A stretch of 64,000 nt of DNA from Eledone cirrhosa. Lineage: Eukaryota. The notes under the pieces are model-generated. The model was not told the origin of the DNA. It made no database searches and was given only the letters and a program-made list of their open reading frames with translations. Below are positions 1-13,330 of this stretch, piece after piece (the first letter of the stretch is position 1; every line of letters starts with the position of its first letter). The translations under genes were made by a program, and so were the position numbers. Location: NCBI GenBank assembly GCA_964016885.1, contig OZ024746.1, positions 37,138,001 to 37,202,000 on the forward strand, in the 5' to 3' direction.

Positions 1-1149
1 CAGCTTGTTCTCTTTATACAATTTGGCGAAATACGACACAACATTCATCTCTTGAATGAGGAATCGATAAAAACATGTTGATAAATGTATCTTTGGCTAT
101 TAGCAAAAGTTAACTTTCATTGGTCAGAAATGGCTTTACATGTTTTTTAATATTATTTTGTTTTAGTGGGTTAATGTATGAGTGATACATTTCATTCGTA
201 TTGCCTATTAAGTATTATATTGATGTTTCTGTGGATGTGCTCTCATCTATTTGCGTTATAGGGGTATACCTAATCTTTACTTTGTAAGTAATGCATATCA
301 CGGCGCATATTATAACTGGTAAGGTAATATTTAACATAGGTACCACTACATTTTTTTAGCCTCATTATGTATATTTAAACGAATATGTTGCAGTGTAACA
401 AGTTACTTAGATTAATTATACATATAACCATTGGGTGAAAAACAAAATTATTTTTCATATTACTAGTCCGATGATATATGCAATGAAGCGCCCCCAGGAA
501 TCAAATTAACTAAAAACAATTAATAAAAAAATGCTTTAATATGTGCAGCACTAGGTTGGCAGCATCTGAACATTATGTATTGGTTTCTGAATGACTAAAC
601 ATCGACGTCTAGTGTGACCTTTAATGCAAATGTTTACAATACACATTGAGACTATACATTGTTGTGTGAAATTACTGAGTGGTTAATGGGTTTAGGAAAG
701 TACGGAGGGATGCCTACCACAGGAAAACGTAAGATGGACGTGCACTTACGTGGTTGATATTTACCGAACATGAGTAACAGTAGATAGAAATAAAGCGGCT
801 CAAAATTTCGGAATTTGTTTCGCAAGTGTAATGCTTGAGAAGTCATTGGTTGCTGAGGTATGAGGGATAGGAGACTACCGTTACATTGACTCAAAACCTC
901 TTGGTGGTTGTCCTAAAAATCGGATGGAATTCAGGAATCACTAAATCTGCCACACTGTCCTCTTTGATACTTAGATACTCAATAGTGGTTTCTGAATATT
1001 CCTGTACATGTTCATGCAGGTGGGTGACACCTGTTTGAGAGAGAGGGAGTTTGTCAAGAGTTATCGGTTAGTTTATTTTCTTGTGTGAACTGCGTGTGAG
1101 ATGTGAAATTAAGTCCGTGGCCGTGTCGGAAACTCCACCTTCCTGAAAC

Positions 1150-1415
1150 GGTTGTGCAAAGTGCTAAGTGCTGGCGAAAAGCTACACGCATCTGATTTGA
1201 ATCAACCAGTCCGATCGCGTGTCATCTGTCAAAGTGTGGATTTGTAGCTACGTTGCGCCTCTGCCACAAAGGCCCATCGAACCGTTTCCAATCACTCGTT
1301 TCGTAGACCAATTCGTGTAATGCCATTCAATTCTCTCACCTAACTCCTCGTTGTATTGTCTCTTCCAATCGCCTGACTCAAATCATCTAACCACCCCATT
1401 CGGAGAAGGGCGTAC
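1150..1415 (-). mobile_element. Possible decayed 3' end of an RTE-like LINE
   Basis: Minus strand reads roughly RP..RMGWLDDL....W...AFVAE with stops, resembling RTE ORF C-termini. Weak. Confidence 0.3.
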
Positions 1416-1535
1416 TAATGACGGGCAGTATACCAATTATTATTTTTTTTATTTTTATTTTTCAATATGACAAGCGGAACTGCATTTCGGCAACGTTTAT
1501 TACCAGGACGAATACCAGCATTACAACACTGTTGT

Positions 1536-1863
<328 letters not shown>

Positions 1864-4126
1864 TTTAATATTTGTTTTTGGAGTAGTAGTATTTATATTA
1901 GTTTCAGGTGTAACAGCACCAGCATTGGTACTAGTAGAAAAAGATGAAAAGAGAAAAAAATACCAAACAGGAACAAACGTATTTAAAAGCATAATAATGG
2001 TAATAGGATGATGGAGAAGAATATTTAGTGCAGGGGTGAATGGCATTCACTTGGAAGTAAATGAAATATAAAAATGAGAGAAAATAATATAATAATGCTT
2101 AAAAGAAGACGGGGATGTTGCACGTTGGTTGCTGCTATAAATTTTACTATAAAAGGCATTTATAATATAACTAAGCTAAAACCTGAAAACCTCGTCATAA
2201 ATATACTTAAAAATGAATATTATAGCCCTATTTCAAATCGCAAAAGTGATAATGACATTTACAAAGAATGACTGATATAGATTTAAAGTTTTAACAAGCA
2301 CATTTATAATCTTGATATAATTAAATAACAGCCCTTAACGACTTCGGAAATCTTAGAAGAAATAAAATTTAAAAGGAAAAATAAAGAAAATAATCTTCGA
2401 AATACAAAATAATAAAGAATAGAAACATTTTTTCTTCTTTCAAACAGTGATACTCATATAATAAATTATAGCACTCAAACTCGATGTGACATTAATACGG
2501 GACAACAGAACTTATGATGGTAATATGGCGCCCATAATATTTAATTGCAATGCCTAAGTCAGCACAAACAACGCAGGCAGACGTATATCAGTATATACAC
2601 ACATCGACGTAAACATTTCCGCAAGCATGCACACAGATATACAGACAAATGAGATTATTACTTGCTAGGCGAAGTGCCTTGTAAAAGCAGCGAACGCATT
2701 AGATAAGATAATGAAAATTATAAAATCTTAATGTCAGCACAAACCAAATTTTAAAATATTATCATCGTTAAACATCAACAACATCAGCAAAAAGTACCGG
2801 GTGATATACAACGGAAAGGCAATCATCGTTATCAGTGTCAGCATCAGCAGTGTGACATCGCCATGGCCGCCATCTTCCTTATTCAGCTCGCTTTCCCCAT
2901 CCTCATCACCCTACCCCCTCATCATTATCATAATCACCCCCCTTCACCACCACCTTCATCATCATCATCATTGATGTCGTAATAATCTTATTTTTCCTCA
3001 TCAGCTTCTGTAATGTTCCGTGTTCAGAGCCTACCATGTTTAACGCTGTTTTATTTTCTTTCAAGTTTCGATGAAATAGATATTAAAACATGATTGAAAT
3101 AATCATAAATCAGATGGGGTTTGATTGGGCGTTTTCACAATAAATATTACAGACGTGATATGGCCCGGCTCGTTTTACATTGAACAAATCTGCCCGAGCT
3201 GCTAGCAATATAATGCAACATTATTCCACACATGAGAGATACACATTCGTCTAGCAGACGAATCCATATAGATTATCAATATACCAAATGCGTTAGCGAA
3301 GAGTATCTGGAATATTCTCTGGCGACGGATGGATATTCCTGGGTGTTGATTTGAAATTTGAGCCTATCAAGCAAAAAATAAATTCATTTTTCATATGCAA
3401 CATTTGAAAGAAAACGAAAGGAGTAAAAAATGAACTTTTATATATGACATGTGGATAAGGGAGGAATATTACATATTGTGAAGTGTGCGAATAATAGCAA
3501 TGTGGCTGAGGATAAGAGTCATCTGCAAACGCACACTGTAGTATCGACTTGTGTCCTTGTAAAGGGAACTTTCAACATTATTAATGTCCCCTTTCCCTTC
3601 TAGCAACCATAGAGGTATAAAAACGAATGCATAAAAATATAAAGAGACATAGGTTTGGTTCAACTCACAGAGCACGGGTTGTGTGACCAGACAAGGGCAA
3701 TAAGAAAAAAAATCGCTACTTGACAGAAGTGGAATTTGAAGCTATCAAAAGACGAGTATCAGGAAAGAACGGTGAAAGAAATGGTGAGGGTGAAGTTCAT
3801 ACTGAGTAAATGGAGCCTACAGAAATGGACAAGGGTAAAGAGATTGCTGGTAACTCACACAAATAAGGTACATATAGTCTGCCAGGTGAGAAAAATGTAA
3901 ATAGTAATGAAGACAATCAAATTAATGAAAACATGGCAGCTGACCAAATCAGAGTAATAAATTCATCCCCTCTACAATGACGACGGCGTCTCTAGATATT
4001 TGTATAAATATATTCCATTAGACGTCCTAAATGTATCTAGAAAGCTGTAGACCTTTGAAACACTTCCCACCCTCTCTTGCTCTCTGTCAGTCTGCATGTC
4101 TCTCTGCTTGCCTCTGCCTCTCTCTC

Positions 4127-4220
<94 letters not shown>

Positions 4221-4492
4221 AACGGAAAAAATGAAACTAAATTTCATTTCCCTCTCTTAAAACGGCTGTTACTTAAATATAAGTATGTACACGTACATAC
4301 ATATATGTATACAGACGTACAGTAGTATGTATATATATATAAATACATGCACACATATATATATATATATCTAGGTATGGATTCACCGAACATTTATTAT
4401 AATGCCCGGTGTGTTTGTAAACAAACATCCCGTATTAAACCGTAGTGTCTAGCAACCATCGTTGCTCGTTCGTTCAACACTGACAACGGAAC

Positions 4493-4531
4493 GTTGTACT
4501 AGTTTCAAGCTTATTAGCTATCGCCAGCAAC
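4493..4531 (-). ncRNA. Minimal type I hammerhead ribozyme motif (family R, one core substitution)
   Basis: Minus strand GTTG CTGGCGA TAGCTAATAAGCTT GAAA CTAG TA CAAC: stem I GTTG/CAAC, stem II AGCT/AGCT, palindromic stem III; CTGGCGA instead of CTGACGA. Confidence 0.75.
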
Positions 4532-4726
4532 GTATACCCTCCTGCCAGATTGTTGAACGTATATACTTACCTTATGCATATTAACGGCTGAGTAGCCCAA
4601 TTTGCATATCGAGTGGGTTAATCGACCGGGTGCACCGAAAACGATAAACGGAAAAAATTAAACGAAATTTTATTTCCCACTCTTATTACGGCTGTTACTT
4701 AAATATAAGTATGTACACGTACATAC

Positions 4727-4764
4727 TTGCTGACGATAGCTAATAAGCTTGAACCTAGTACAGC
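4727..4764 (+). ncRNA. Minimal hammerhead motif (family R, GAAC variant)
   Basis: TTG CTGACGA TAGCTAATAAGCTT GAAC CTAG TA CAG; the inverted arm starts exactly at stem I. Confidence 0.7.
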
Positions 4765-4886
4765 GTTCCTTTGTCAGTGTTGAACAAACGAGCAACGATG
4801 GTTGCTAGACACTACGGCTTAATACAGGATGTTTGTTTACAAACACACCAAGCATTATAATAAAGGTTCGGTGAATCCATACGTAC

Positions 4887-4918
<32 letters not shown>

Positions 4919-4983
4919 ATGTATGTATATATATATACATACTACTGTACGTATGTATACATATATGTATGTACGTGTACATA

Positions 4984-5053
<70 letters not shown>

Positions 5054-5071
5054 TATATATATATGTATTTA

Positions 5072-5120
<49 letters not shown>

Positions 5121-5372
5121 TTGCGAGGTTTTTTATATGAAATCGTGTGTCGAAACAGATATTGTTATATTTGGGGAGGGTCATATTTGCGTAATATTGC
5201 CAGAATTAATAACAGAACACACTCACTGTTTGGTTGGTTTTCGCTTCTCGCTGTCTTTTATATATATATATCTGCGATCTAACTTACTCGGTCCTCAATG
5301 TTGCCATTGACTGACCGGCGGTCAAAAATAAAATAATACAGATACAATATAGACAAACACATATATATATAG

Positions 5373-5418
5373 TTTACATAAATCTTTCGTTGCACATCTG
5401 CAACATCGTCAGTGGTGT
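5373..5418 (-). ncRNA. Hammerhead motif in PLE family A 3' repeat (mirror copy)
   Basis: Reverse complement of 8211-8256. Confidence 0.65.
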
Positions 5419-5668
5419 TATATTCATTGTTCCTCCTGTTGTGTTGTATGTCTACGCCATTTTTTTTGTTCAGTCTGTCTATATATTTATTTATTTGTTT
5501 GCTTGTTTGTTTATCTTATTTTATTTTGTCTTCTTTGCGCATGCGTTTGCGTGTGTGATGTGTGACTAGTGTGTATAGTGTTGTGTCTGCTGGGTGACTA
5601 GTGTGTGTTTATGTGCTTGTGTATGTATTTATTTATCTTATTTTATTTAATTTAATTTACTTATTTAT

Positions 5669-6748
5669 TTATACTTCTCTTAGGTCAGTGTTGTTTGTTT
5701 GGGTGTTGTTGTTGTTCCACTCATTCTTTCTGTTTAGCTTTGGTCTTCTAATTTCTATTTCACTGGCCTCTCTGATTTGCCTATCTGCTGGGTCATTCCT
5801 ATGTTTAGATATTATTCTAATTTCTATGTTGTCTATGTTACCGTCATGATGTTGTCTAGCATGTTCGTATAGTACTGACCCGTTTTTTCGTCCTTTTAGT
5901 TCCCCCCAGTGTTGGTCTATCCTTTCACCTATGCTACGAGCTGTCTCACCTATGTATCTTGTTGTCGTGTTTCTACAAGTACCCTCTGTACATCTTATGC
6001 TATAGACTACGTTTCTAGTTTTACAGTTTATCCGGGGGTTCACCTTACATATGATACATTTCCTATTGGTACAGTGGGTTTTCTTAAAAGGGTAGGTTTT
6101 GCTGATCAGGGATTTTATGGTGGTTCCTGGCTTTTCTACCACCTTTATTTTTAAGTGGGTCTTTCTCAGGGCCTTTCTACACTGGTTAGCTAATTTCCCT
6201 CCAGGGGTGGCGTCCACAAACATGACACTCTGATATCTCTGGTTGTCGTACCATGATGTGGCCTTCCCTATCTTATGTCTAGCCCTATCTAAGCTATTCC
6301 ATGATTTGCTCCTGTATAGTGGGCAAATTCCTTTCATGTCCAGTTCTATGAGGGTCTTATACTTTTCCATGGCTCCTTCGTATACTCTGACTCTGTCTCT
6401 TTGGTTGTAGCCAGAGAACTGCATGCGGTTGATGAAGTGTTGGATGTGTCCTTCCATTTCTGTTGGGTCGCACATGCTGGACACATTCTTCATCACTCGT
6501 ACCAAATCTGCGATCAGAATATTAAACTTAGCACTACTGGACATTGCTGAGTTTTTGAGTATCAGGTATTTGGAGGCCATGGGTTTAGCATAGTGTGAGT
6601 GGAGAATTTGGGCTCTCTCGTCTATAGTGTTAATCCAGAGTTCTGTGTCTAATACAGGTAGTCTATTGTTAGGGTGTTTGGAAGGGAAGTCTATAGTTAC
6701 AGTTATACTCTGGTGTATGGAATTAGCTATCTGCTGGATGCTTTCCAT
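5669..6748 (-). CDS. 5'-truncated PLE ORF: RT C-terminus/thumb plus GIY-YIG endonuclease
   Basis: LPVLD..., HYAKP, CxxC, NVVYSIRC...YIGETARSIGERIDQH, R...E...I...P.LN: typical PLE GIY-YIG motifs. Lacks the RT catalytic core. Confidence 0.88.
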   Translation of the reverse strand: MESIQQIANSIHQSITVTIDFPSKHPNNRLPVLDTELWINTIDERAQILHSHYAKPMASKYLILKNSAMSSSAKFNILIADLVRVMKNVSSMCDPTEMEGHIQHFINRMQFSGYNQRDRVRVYEGAMEKYKTLIELDMKGICPLYRSKSWNSLDRARHKIGKATSWYDNQRYQSVMFVDATPGGKLANQCRKALRKTHLKIKVVEKPGTTIKSLISKTYPFKKTHCTNRKCIICKVNPRINCKTRNVVYSIRCTEGTCRNTTTRYIGETARSIGERIDQHWGELKGRKNGSVLYEHARQHHDGNIDNIEIRIISKHRNDPADRQIREASEIEIRRPKLNRKNEWNNNNTQTNNTDLREV

Positions 6749-6880
6749 CGTGCTACGTTCTAAATCAAACTTGTTAGTGCTCTCTAGTGGGGGTGTTCTT
6801 ATAACTATATTGATATCAATATAGTTATAAGAACACCCCCACTAGAGAGCACTAACAAGTTTGATTTAGAACGTAGCACG

Positions 6881-7960
6881 ATGGAAAGCATCCAGCAGAT
6901 AGCTAATTCCATACACCAGAGTATAACTGTAACTATAGACTTCCCTTCCAAACACCCTAACAATAGACTACCTGTATTAGACACAGAACTCTGGATTAAC
7001 ACTATAGACGAGAGAGCCCAAATTCTCCACTCACACTATGCTAAACCCATGGCCTCCAAATACCTGATACTCAAAAACTCAGCAATGTCCAGTAGTGCTA
7101 AGTTTAATATTCTGATCGCAGATTTGGTACGAGTGATGAAGAATGTGTCCAGCATGTGCGACCCAACAGAAATGGAAGGACACATCCAACACTTCATCAA
7201 CCGCATGCAGTTCTCTGGCTACAACCAAAGAGACAGAGTCAGAGTATACGAAGGAGCCATGGAAAAGTATAAGACCCTCATAGAACTGGACATGAAAGGA
7301 ATTTGCCCACTATACAGGAGCAAATCATGGAATAGCTTAGATAGGGCTAGACATAAGATAGGGAAGGCCACATCATGGTACGACAACCAGAGATATCAGA
7401 GTGTCATGTTTGTGGACGCCACCCCTGGAGGGAAATTAGCTAACCAGTGTAGAAAGGCCCTGAGAAAGACCCACTTAAAAATAAAGGTGGTAGAAAAGCC
7501 AGGAACCACCATAAAATCCCTGATCAGCAAAACCTACCCTTTTAAGAAAACCCACTGTACCAATAGGAAATGTATCATATGTAAGGTGAACCCCCGGATA
7601 AACTGTAAAACTAGAAACGTAGTCTATAGCATAAGATGTACAGAGGGTACTTGTAGAAACACGACAACAAGATACATAGGTGAGACAGCTCGTAGCATAG
7701 GTGAAAGGATAGACCAACACTGGGGGGAACTAAAAGGACGAAAAAACGGGTCAGTACTATACGAACATGCTAGACAACATCATGACGGTAACATAGACAA
7801 CATAGAAATTAGAATAATATCTAAACATAGGAATGACCCAGCAGATAGGCAAATCAGAGAGGCCAGTGAAATAGAAATTAGAAGACCAAAGCTAAACAGA
7901 AAGAATGAGTGGAACAACAACAACACCCAAACAAACAACACTGACCTAAGAGAAGTATAA
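6881..7960 (+). CDS. 5'-truncated PLE ORF (mirror of 5669-6748)
   Basis: Identical 359-aa translation; the frame is open back to the palindrome axis. Confidence 0.88.
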   Translation: MESIQQIANSIHQSITVTIDFPSKHPNNRLPVLDTELWINTIDERAQILHSHYAKPMASKYLILKNSAMSSSAKFNILIADLVRVMKNVSSMCDPTEMEGHIQHFINRMQFSGYNQRDRVRVYEGAMEKYKTLIELDMKGICPLYRSKSWNSLDRARHKIGKATSWYDNQRYQSVMFVDATPGGKLANQCRKALRKTHLKIKVVEKPGTTIKSLISKTYPFKKTHCTNRKCIICKVNPRINCKTRNVVYSIRCTEGTCRNTTTRYIGETARSIGERIDQHWGELKGRKNGSVLYEHARQHHDGNIDNIEIRIISKHRNDPADRQIREASEIEIRRPKLNRKNEWNNNNTQTNNTDLREV

Positions 7961-8210
7961 ATAAATAAGTAAATTAAATTAAATAAAATAAGATAAATAA
8001 ATACATACACAAGCACATAAACACACACTAGTCACCCAGCAGACACAACACTATACACACTAGTCACACATCACACACGCAAACGCATGCGCAAAGAAGA
8101 CAAAATAAAATAAGATAAACAAACAAGCAAACAAATAAATAAATATATAGACAGACTGAACAAAAAAAATGGCGTAGACATACAACACAACAGGAGGAAC
8201 AATGAATATA

Positions 8211-8256
8211 ACACCACTGACGATGTTGCAGATGTGCAACGAAAGATTTATGTAAA
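8211..8256 (+). ncRNA. Hammerhead motif in PLE family A 3' repeat
   Basis: CTGACGA T GTTGCA GATG TGCAAC GAAA GATT TA TG: intact core and stem II; stem I only about 2 bp. Confidence 0.65.
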
Positions 8257-8466
8257 CTATATATATATGTGTTTGTCTATATTGTATCTGTATTATTTTA
8301 TTTTTGACCGCCGGTCAGTCAATGGCAACATTGAGGACCGAGTAAGTTAGATCGCAGATATATATATATAAAAGACAGCGAGAAGCGAAAACCAACCAAA
8401 CAGTGAGTGTGTTCTGTTATTAATTCTGGCAATATTACGCAAATATGACCCTCCCCAAATATAACA

Positions 8467-8537
<71 letters not shown>

Positions 8538-8541
<4 letters not shown>

Positions 8542-8676
8542 GAAGCAAATGTGGCAAGGAACCAGATGGACCATAACTCACCAAAGTACTCAATACTTAA
8601 GGTAGTAGAGTGGGTAATAGGAAAAAGTATGACCCCGACGGCAGAGCTCAAGCCGTTTCGACGGCTAATTCTGGAC
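8538..8676 (-). mobile_element. Family H single tailed arm (3' half of an HHR plus tail)
   Basis: Homologous to 11298-11495 and 19468-19677; in (TA)n. Confidence 0.75.
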
Positions 8677-9815
8677 ATGTATATATACACATATATGAAT
8701 GTCTATATATATATATATATATACATATATATGTATGTGTATATATATATATGTATATATATATATATACACACATATATATGTCCCCCCACTTCATACA
8801 GATACACGCGCACGCATATATATATATATATGTGTCTTTGTGTGTGTGTTGGTATATGCGTTTGTTTGTGTATGTGTTAGAATGCACGTAAACTGGAAAT
8901 TTGTTAATAGTGTTGGCGATGATGATAGTTGTGTTCATGGCGATGATGAATGATGCCTACGGTTATAACGTTGATGAGAATGCTGCTGGTGATGATAATG
9001 ATGATGATTATGATGATGTTAATGACGATCTTGACGATGATGATGATGATATTGTTGATACTGTTTACGATGATGTCGACAATAGCAAGAAGCAACAGAA
9101 GATAAAGTACAAAAATAATACTATTGCTTGTAGAAAGTTCATAATTTCTCTTTCAATTTGACAAGGCACTGTTGCTTGTGTTTTGATTTTCTTTTTGTTA
9201 TTGAAGGGGGATGGTGAAGTCATTTCCTTTCAATGTTATTCATTTCTTTATATTATTGTTAGTTCCTGTTCCTTCAATTCTCCAGTCACTTCTTTTCTTT
9301 TCCTTTTTCCAATATAGAAACCACTTTTAAGTAGAAGCTATAATCTTTTAATGCATTATACTTGAGTAGGGGGTCGTAAAGATTTCGTGCAACACAGAGT
9401 CGATTAAATTGTAAGCCATTAGACTTCTCATTGCTTGATATTTACGCAAAGTATCGTTCTCTTGAGGCGGTAAATATTTCGGTTTCAAAGCCAGAGGGAA
9501 TATCTACACTTGTTTGCATCATTCGTCTGGAAAGCGAGCCATTTTCGACTTTTCAAATGAAACATCACTCGAAATATTAAGAAAGAATTTAATATAATAA
9601 GAATTTAATAGTAATTATTTTATAGAGCACATATAGGTTAGACGATTGTAATATTCGAACACAGATCATTTACCTTGTTATATTTATATACGCAGTACCG
9701 AAATATTTTCAAACACGCATTCATCCACACACAAAAATGCACGTATACACAGGCAAATAAGCAGAAAATACACACACATGCACCACGCACACACATATAC
9801 ACACACACACATATA

Positions 9816-10000
9816 TACGATATTAATAAATGGAAACTATATTTATAAAACTATATTTATTTCATTATACATATTTCAGGGATACTAAATTAAATTATGG
9901 TATGCCTTCATCCGACAAAATACAATATATAACAGTTTTACAAATAAGCTTTGACGTACCCTTTTAAAATGCAACCATTATTTTTGGAAGCCATCTGGAT
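9816..10000 (-). mobile_element. Family F non-coding HHR element arm
   Basis: Homologous to 13665-13815 and 40150-40350; HHR at about 9860-9922 with core CGGATGA (mutated). Confidence 0.75.
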
Positions 10001-10560
10001 TTAATTTTGGTTGGACATAAATATACTCCATAATTAAACATAAATGAACTCCAACCAAAATTAAATAGAAAGCATGAATGGAATAACAACATCACAACTT
10101 ACAATTAAGGACACAATGAAAATACACACACACATAGAACAAACAAACAGTAACATGTAAATAAACAAATAAATAAACAAATATAAACACACACAGACAC
10201 CAGGATGTAACACATGCGCAAACTAAGCACACAACACACACAAAAACAAGATGGCGTAGGACGGAACAAAGGAGAGGCATAAAAACAAAGAAAATAATCC
10301 CCAGTCACTGAAGAGGTCACATAATGTGTGACGAAAGAACTTTGACAATATATGAACAATCGTCTAGTTGTGGAACCAACCAACCAACCGGAAATTTATA
10401 AAATCCTAAATTTATAAATTTAATTTATAATAAATTGAAGTAAGAGCAACAGATGCGTGTTTCTTATTGGCAAAATGACCCTCCAGAGTATAACAATATC
10501 GGTTTTAACACACGTTTTAAGATAAAGAATCTTGCTAAACAAATTCAGAAACGAAATATA
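9999..10560 (+). mobile_element. PLE family B 3' end (last GIY-YIG codons, 3' repeat, tail)
   Basis: NINELQPKLNRKHEW; colinear with 45872-46400 (minus); 17-bp inverted snippet at 9999-10015. Confidence 0.85.
10303..10346 (+). ncRNA. Minimal hammerhead ribozyme (PLE family B)
   Basis: GTCA CTGAAGA G GTCACA TAATG TGTGAC GAAA GAAC TT TGAC: complete core, stem I GTCA/TGAC. Confidence 0.85.
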
Positions 10561-10585
10561 AATATATATATATGTATCTATATAT

Positions 10586-10636
<51 letters not shown>

Positions 10637-10639
<3 letters not shown>

Positions 10640-11065
10640 GAGGTTATAGTTCACTTGAAGCATTGTATAATGAGGTATAAACGTTTGAATATGTAGAATA
10701 AAGCCAAAACAATGCAGGTATGGACATTGAAAAAATAATGCAATTGCAAAGGATATTGTTGACAATTCGTCTTTTAACTTAGATATATTTAAATGTCCTT
10801 CATTTTCGAGATAATATCTCTTCTTCAGAGGGAAATAAAGGTCTGAAAAGGTCTCGAACCAGCATGGCTTGGCAAGATATTTAGAACACTGGTTTGAGAC
10901 ATTTATTTCCCTCTGAAGAAGAGATATTATCTCGAAAATTAAGGACATTTAAATAAATCTAAGGTAAAAGACGAATTGTCAACAATATCTTTTGCAATTG
11001 CATTCTTTTTTCTATGTCCATACCTGCATTGTTTTGGCTTTATTATACATATTCAAACGTTTATA
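10637..11065. mobile_element. Non-coding tailed inverted-repeat HHR element (family G)
   Basis: Arms about 10676-10845 / 10897-11065; tail 10637-10675; (TA)n flanks. Confidence 0.82.
10910..10944 (+). ncRNA. Minimal hammerhead motif (family G)
   Basis: CCT CTGAAGA A GAGAT ATT ATCTC GAAA AT TA AGG; mirror copy at 10797-10831. Confidence 0.7.
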
Positions 11066-11084
11066 TATATATATATATATATTA

Positions 11085-11156
<72 letters not shown>

Positions 11157-11191
11157 TAATATATATATATATATATTTATATATATATTTA

Positions 11192-11561
<370 letters not shown>

Positions 11562-11696
11562 GTGTGTGTGTGTATGTATTATATACATTTTTTATTTAAA
11601 AGGGAATATTTCATTTACGGAATGTTCTGGAAACTTGAAATTTGCGTTAGGACGCGTACATATTTATACACATATACATATGCGTGTGTGAGTGTG

Positions 11697-11790
<94 letters not shown>

Positions 11791-12744
11791 CATATATGCA
11801 AATGTATATGTATGTATGTTCATATGTATGTCTGCATATATGTATGAATAATCACATATCATTTGTGGGAAATGTACTGTCACCTCTAATTTGAAAATCT
11901 CTTAATCAGAGAAATAGTCAGTCCAACGTTCTATGGGAATTAAGCAAACGTAATTGACAGGAATGTGTCGCAACCGCATTTCGACCTCCAGGCTTCGTTG
12001 AGTACCAATAAGAGAATAAACAGTTTCAAGTTTCAATAATAATAATAAAAAGACTATGAACACCATTAGCAATAAAATTAATGATGCCCCCCTAACCCAA
12101 AAGAAAATCTGAATGCTGATGATAGCATTTTAGACTGGAACAAGGCCACAGATTCATAGCATCAACAATAATGATATAGAACTGTGTAAAATGAATATAG
12201 AAACAATTGGAATGCTGTGTGGTCAGATAATACCAAACTAGATATTAGAGAAGCATTTCTTTCATCAACTAACAAGAAATGATAAATTGCCAAATATTTG
12301 GTTAACGAATTTAACACATCCGTACGGAATATTCACAAAAATTGGCTTAAACATTATTAGAAGTAAGAATATTTAGCACGGAATTACTTTGTGTTTGAAC
12401 TCTGTTCAGCGGATATATTTCTGATATCGCTCATTTTTATATATTAGATTTATATTTGTTGAATTACGTTAGTAATCATCAATGATTTTATTTATTCCTT
12501 TATATGATGCTCATGAGTTTAGCCTTTATTTCTGGAAATGAATCGCCTAAAACGGTTTGAAGCACATTAGGAAATTTCCCGGCTGTGTAGTGCAGGAATG
12601 TGTGACGTCGCTGAAATTGGACATCATAAAAGGAGATGTGATAGAAAGATTCTCTCCACCAAATAAATATAGATTGGTTCAGTTATTTAAGTTTCTGTTG
12701 CATATGTTAAATGTTGTGAGTGAAATACGCATGATGTGATGCTG

Positions 12745-13330
12745 GATGGCGGAAGGATACCTAGGCTGAACAAGAGGTCAAAGATGCCATCCCAGCAAAG
12801 AAAGAAACTTACAAAGCTTGATTTGGAAATAAACCATCCTGCTTGCACGTGCTGTACAAGCAGGCACGAAATGTCGAAGCAGTGACAATAAAGACGACCA
12901 ACGTTAAACTAAAGAACAACTTTCAGCTCCCTATCTTCAATCTGCTATTCGTAGCAAACCGTACCTACGATCATGAATCTTGATCAATGAACGAAAGAAT
13001 ACGATTGCTTATATATGCAGACGAAATGAGGTTTCTGCGAAGGGTTTTTTGATTAACGTTACTCGATAGCGTGTGTAGCTCAGAGATCAGACATTCACTA
13101 CAGATAGAACCGCTATTAATCCGAATTAAGATATCACAGGGATGATAATATGGGCATGCAGTTATAATCTCACAGGAAAGAATTGCAGAACAACAACTAA
13201 CTGACAGACCCATAAGTATAGCACGAAAGAGATGGCTAGATAATATACTTGAGAGGGGATTATCTCAATCGGGCATTAAGCCGGATCAGTGGGGAAATGG
13301 TTGCTTCTGGCACGATCCGTGAGAAGTAGT
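12745..13330 (+). mobile_element. Decayed RTE-like LINE fragments
   Basis: Reads EVKDAIPAKKETYKA, HES*SMNERIRLLIYADEMRFLRRV..LTLLDSVCSSEIR, YGH, RP...ARKRWLDNI, with stops and deletions. Confidence 0.7.

Larger units (their letters stand above)
4218..4990. mobile_element. Non-coding HHR-bearing retrozyme-like element (family R): 426-bp unit with terminal redundancy plus an inverted arm
   Basis: Direct repeat 4218-4300 / 4644-4726; inverted arms 4277-4530 / 4727-4990; tail 4218-4276; (TA)n on both sides; related copy at 19721-20130. Confidence 0.8.
5118..8470. mobile_element. Penelope-like element (family A) as a perfect head-to-head palindrome with a one-sided tail
   Basis: Mirror axis 6814/6815 (paired coordinates sum to 13629); arms 5159-6814 and 6815-8470; identical ORFs; 41-bp tail 5118-5158 on the left only; (TA)n flanks. 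Confidence 0.93.
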
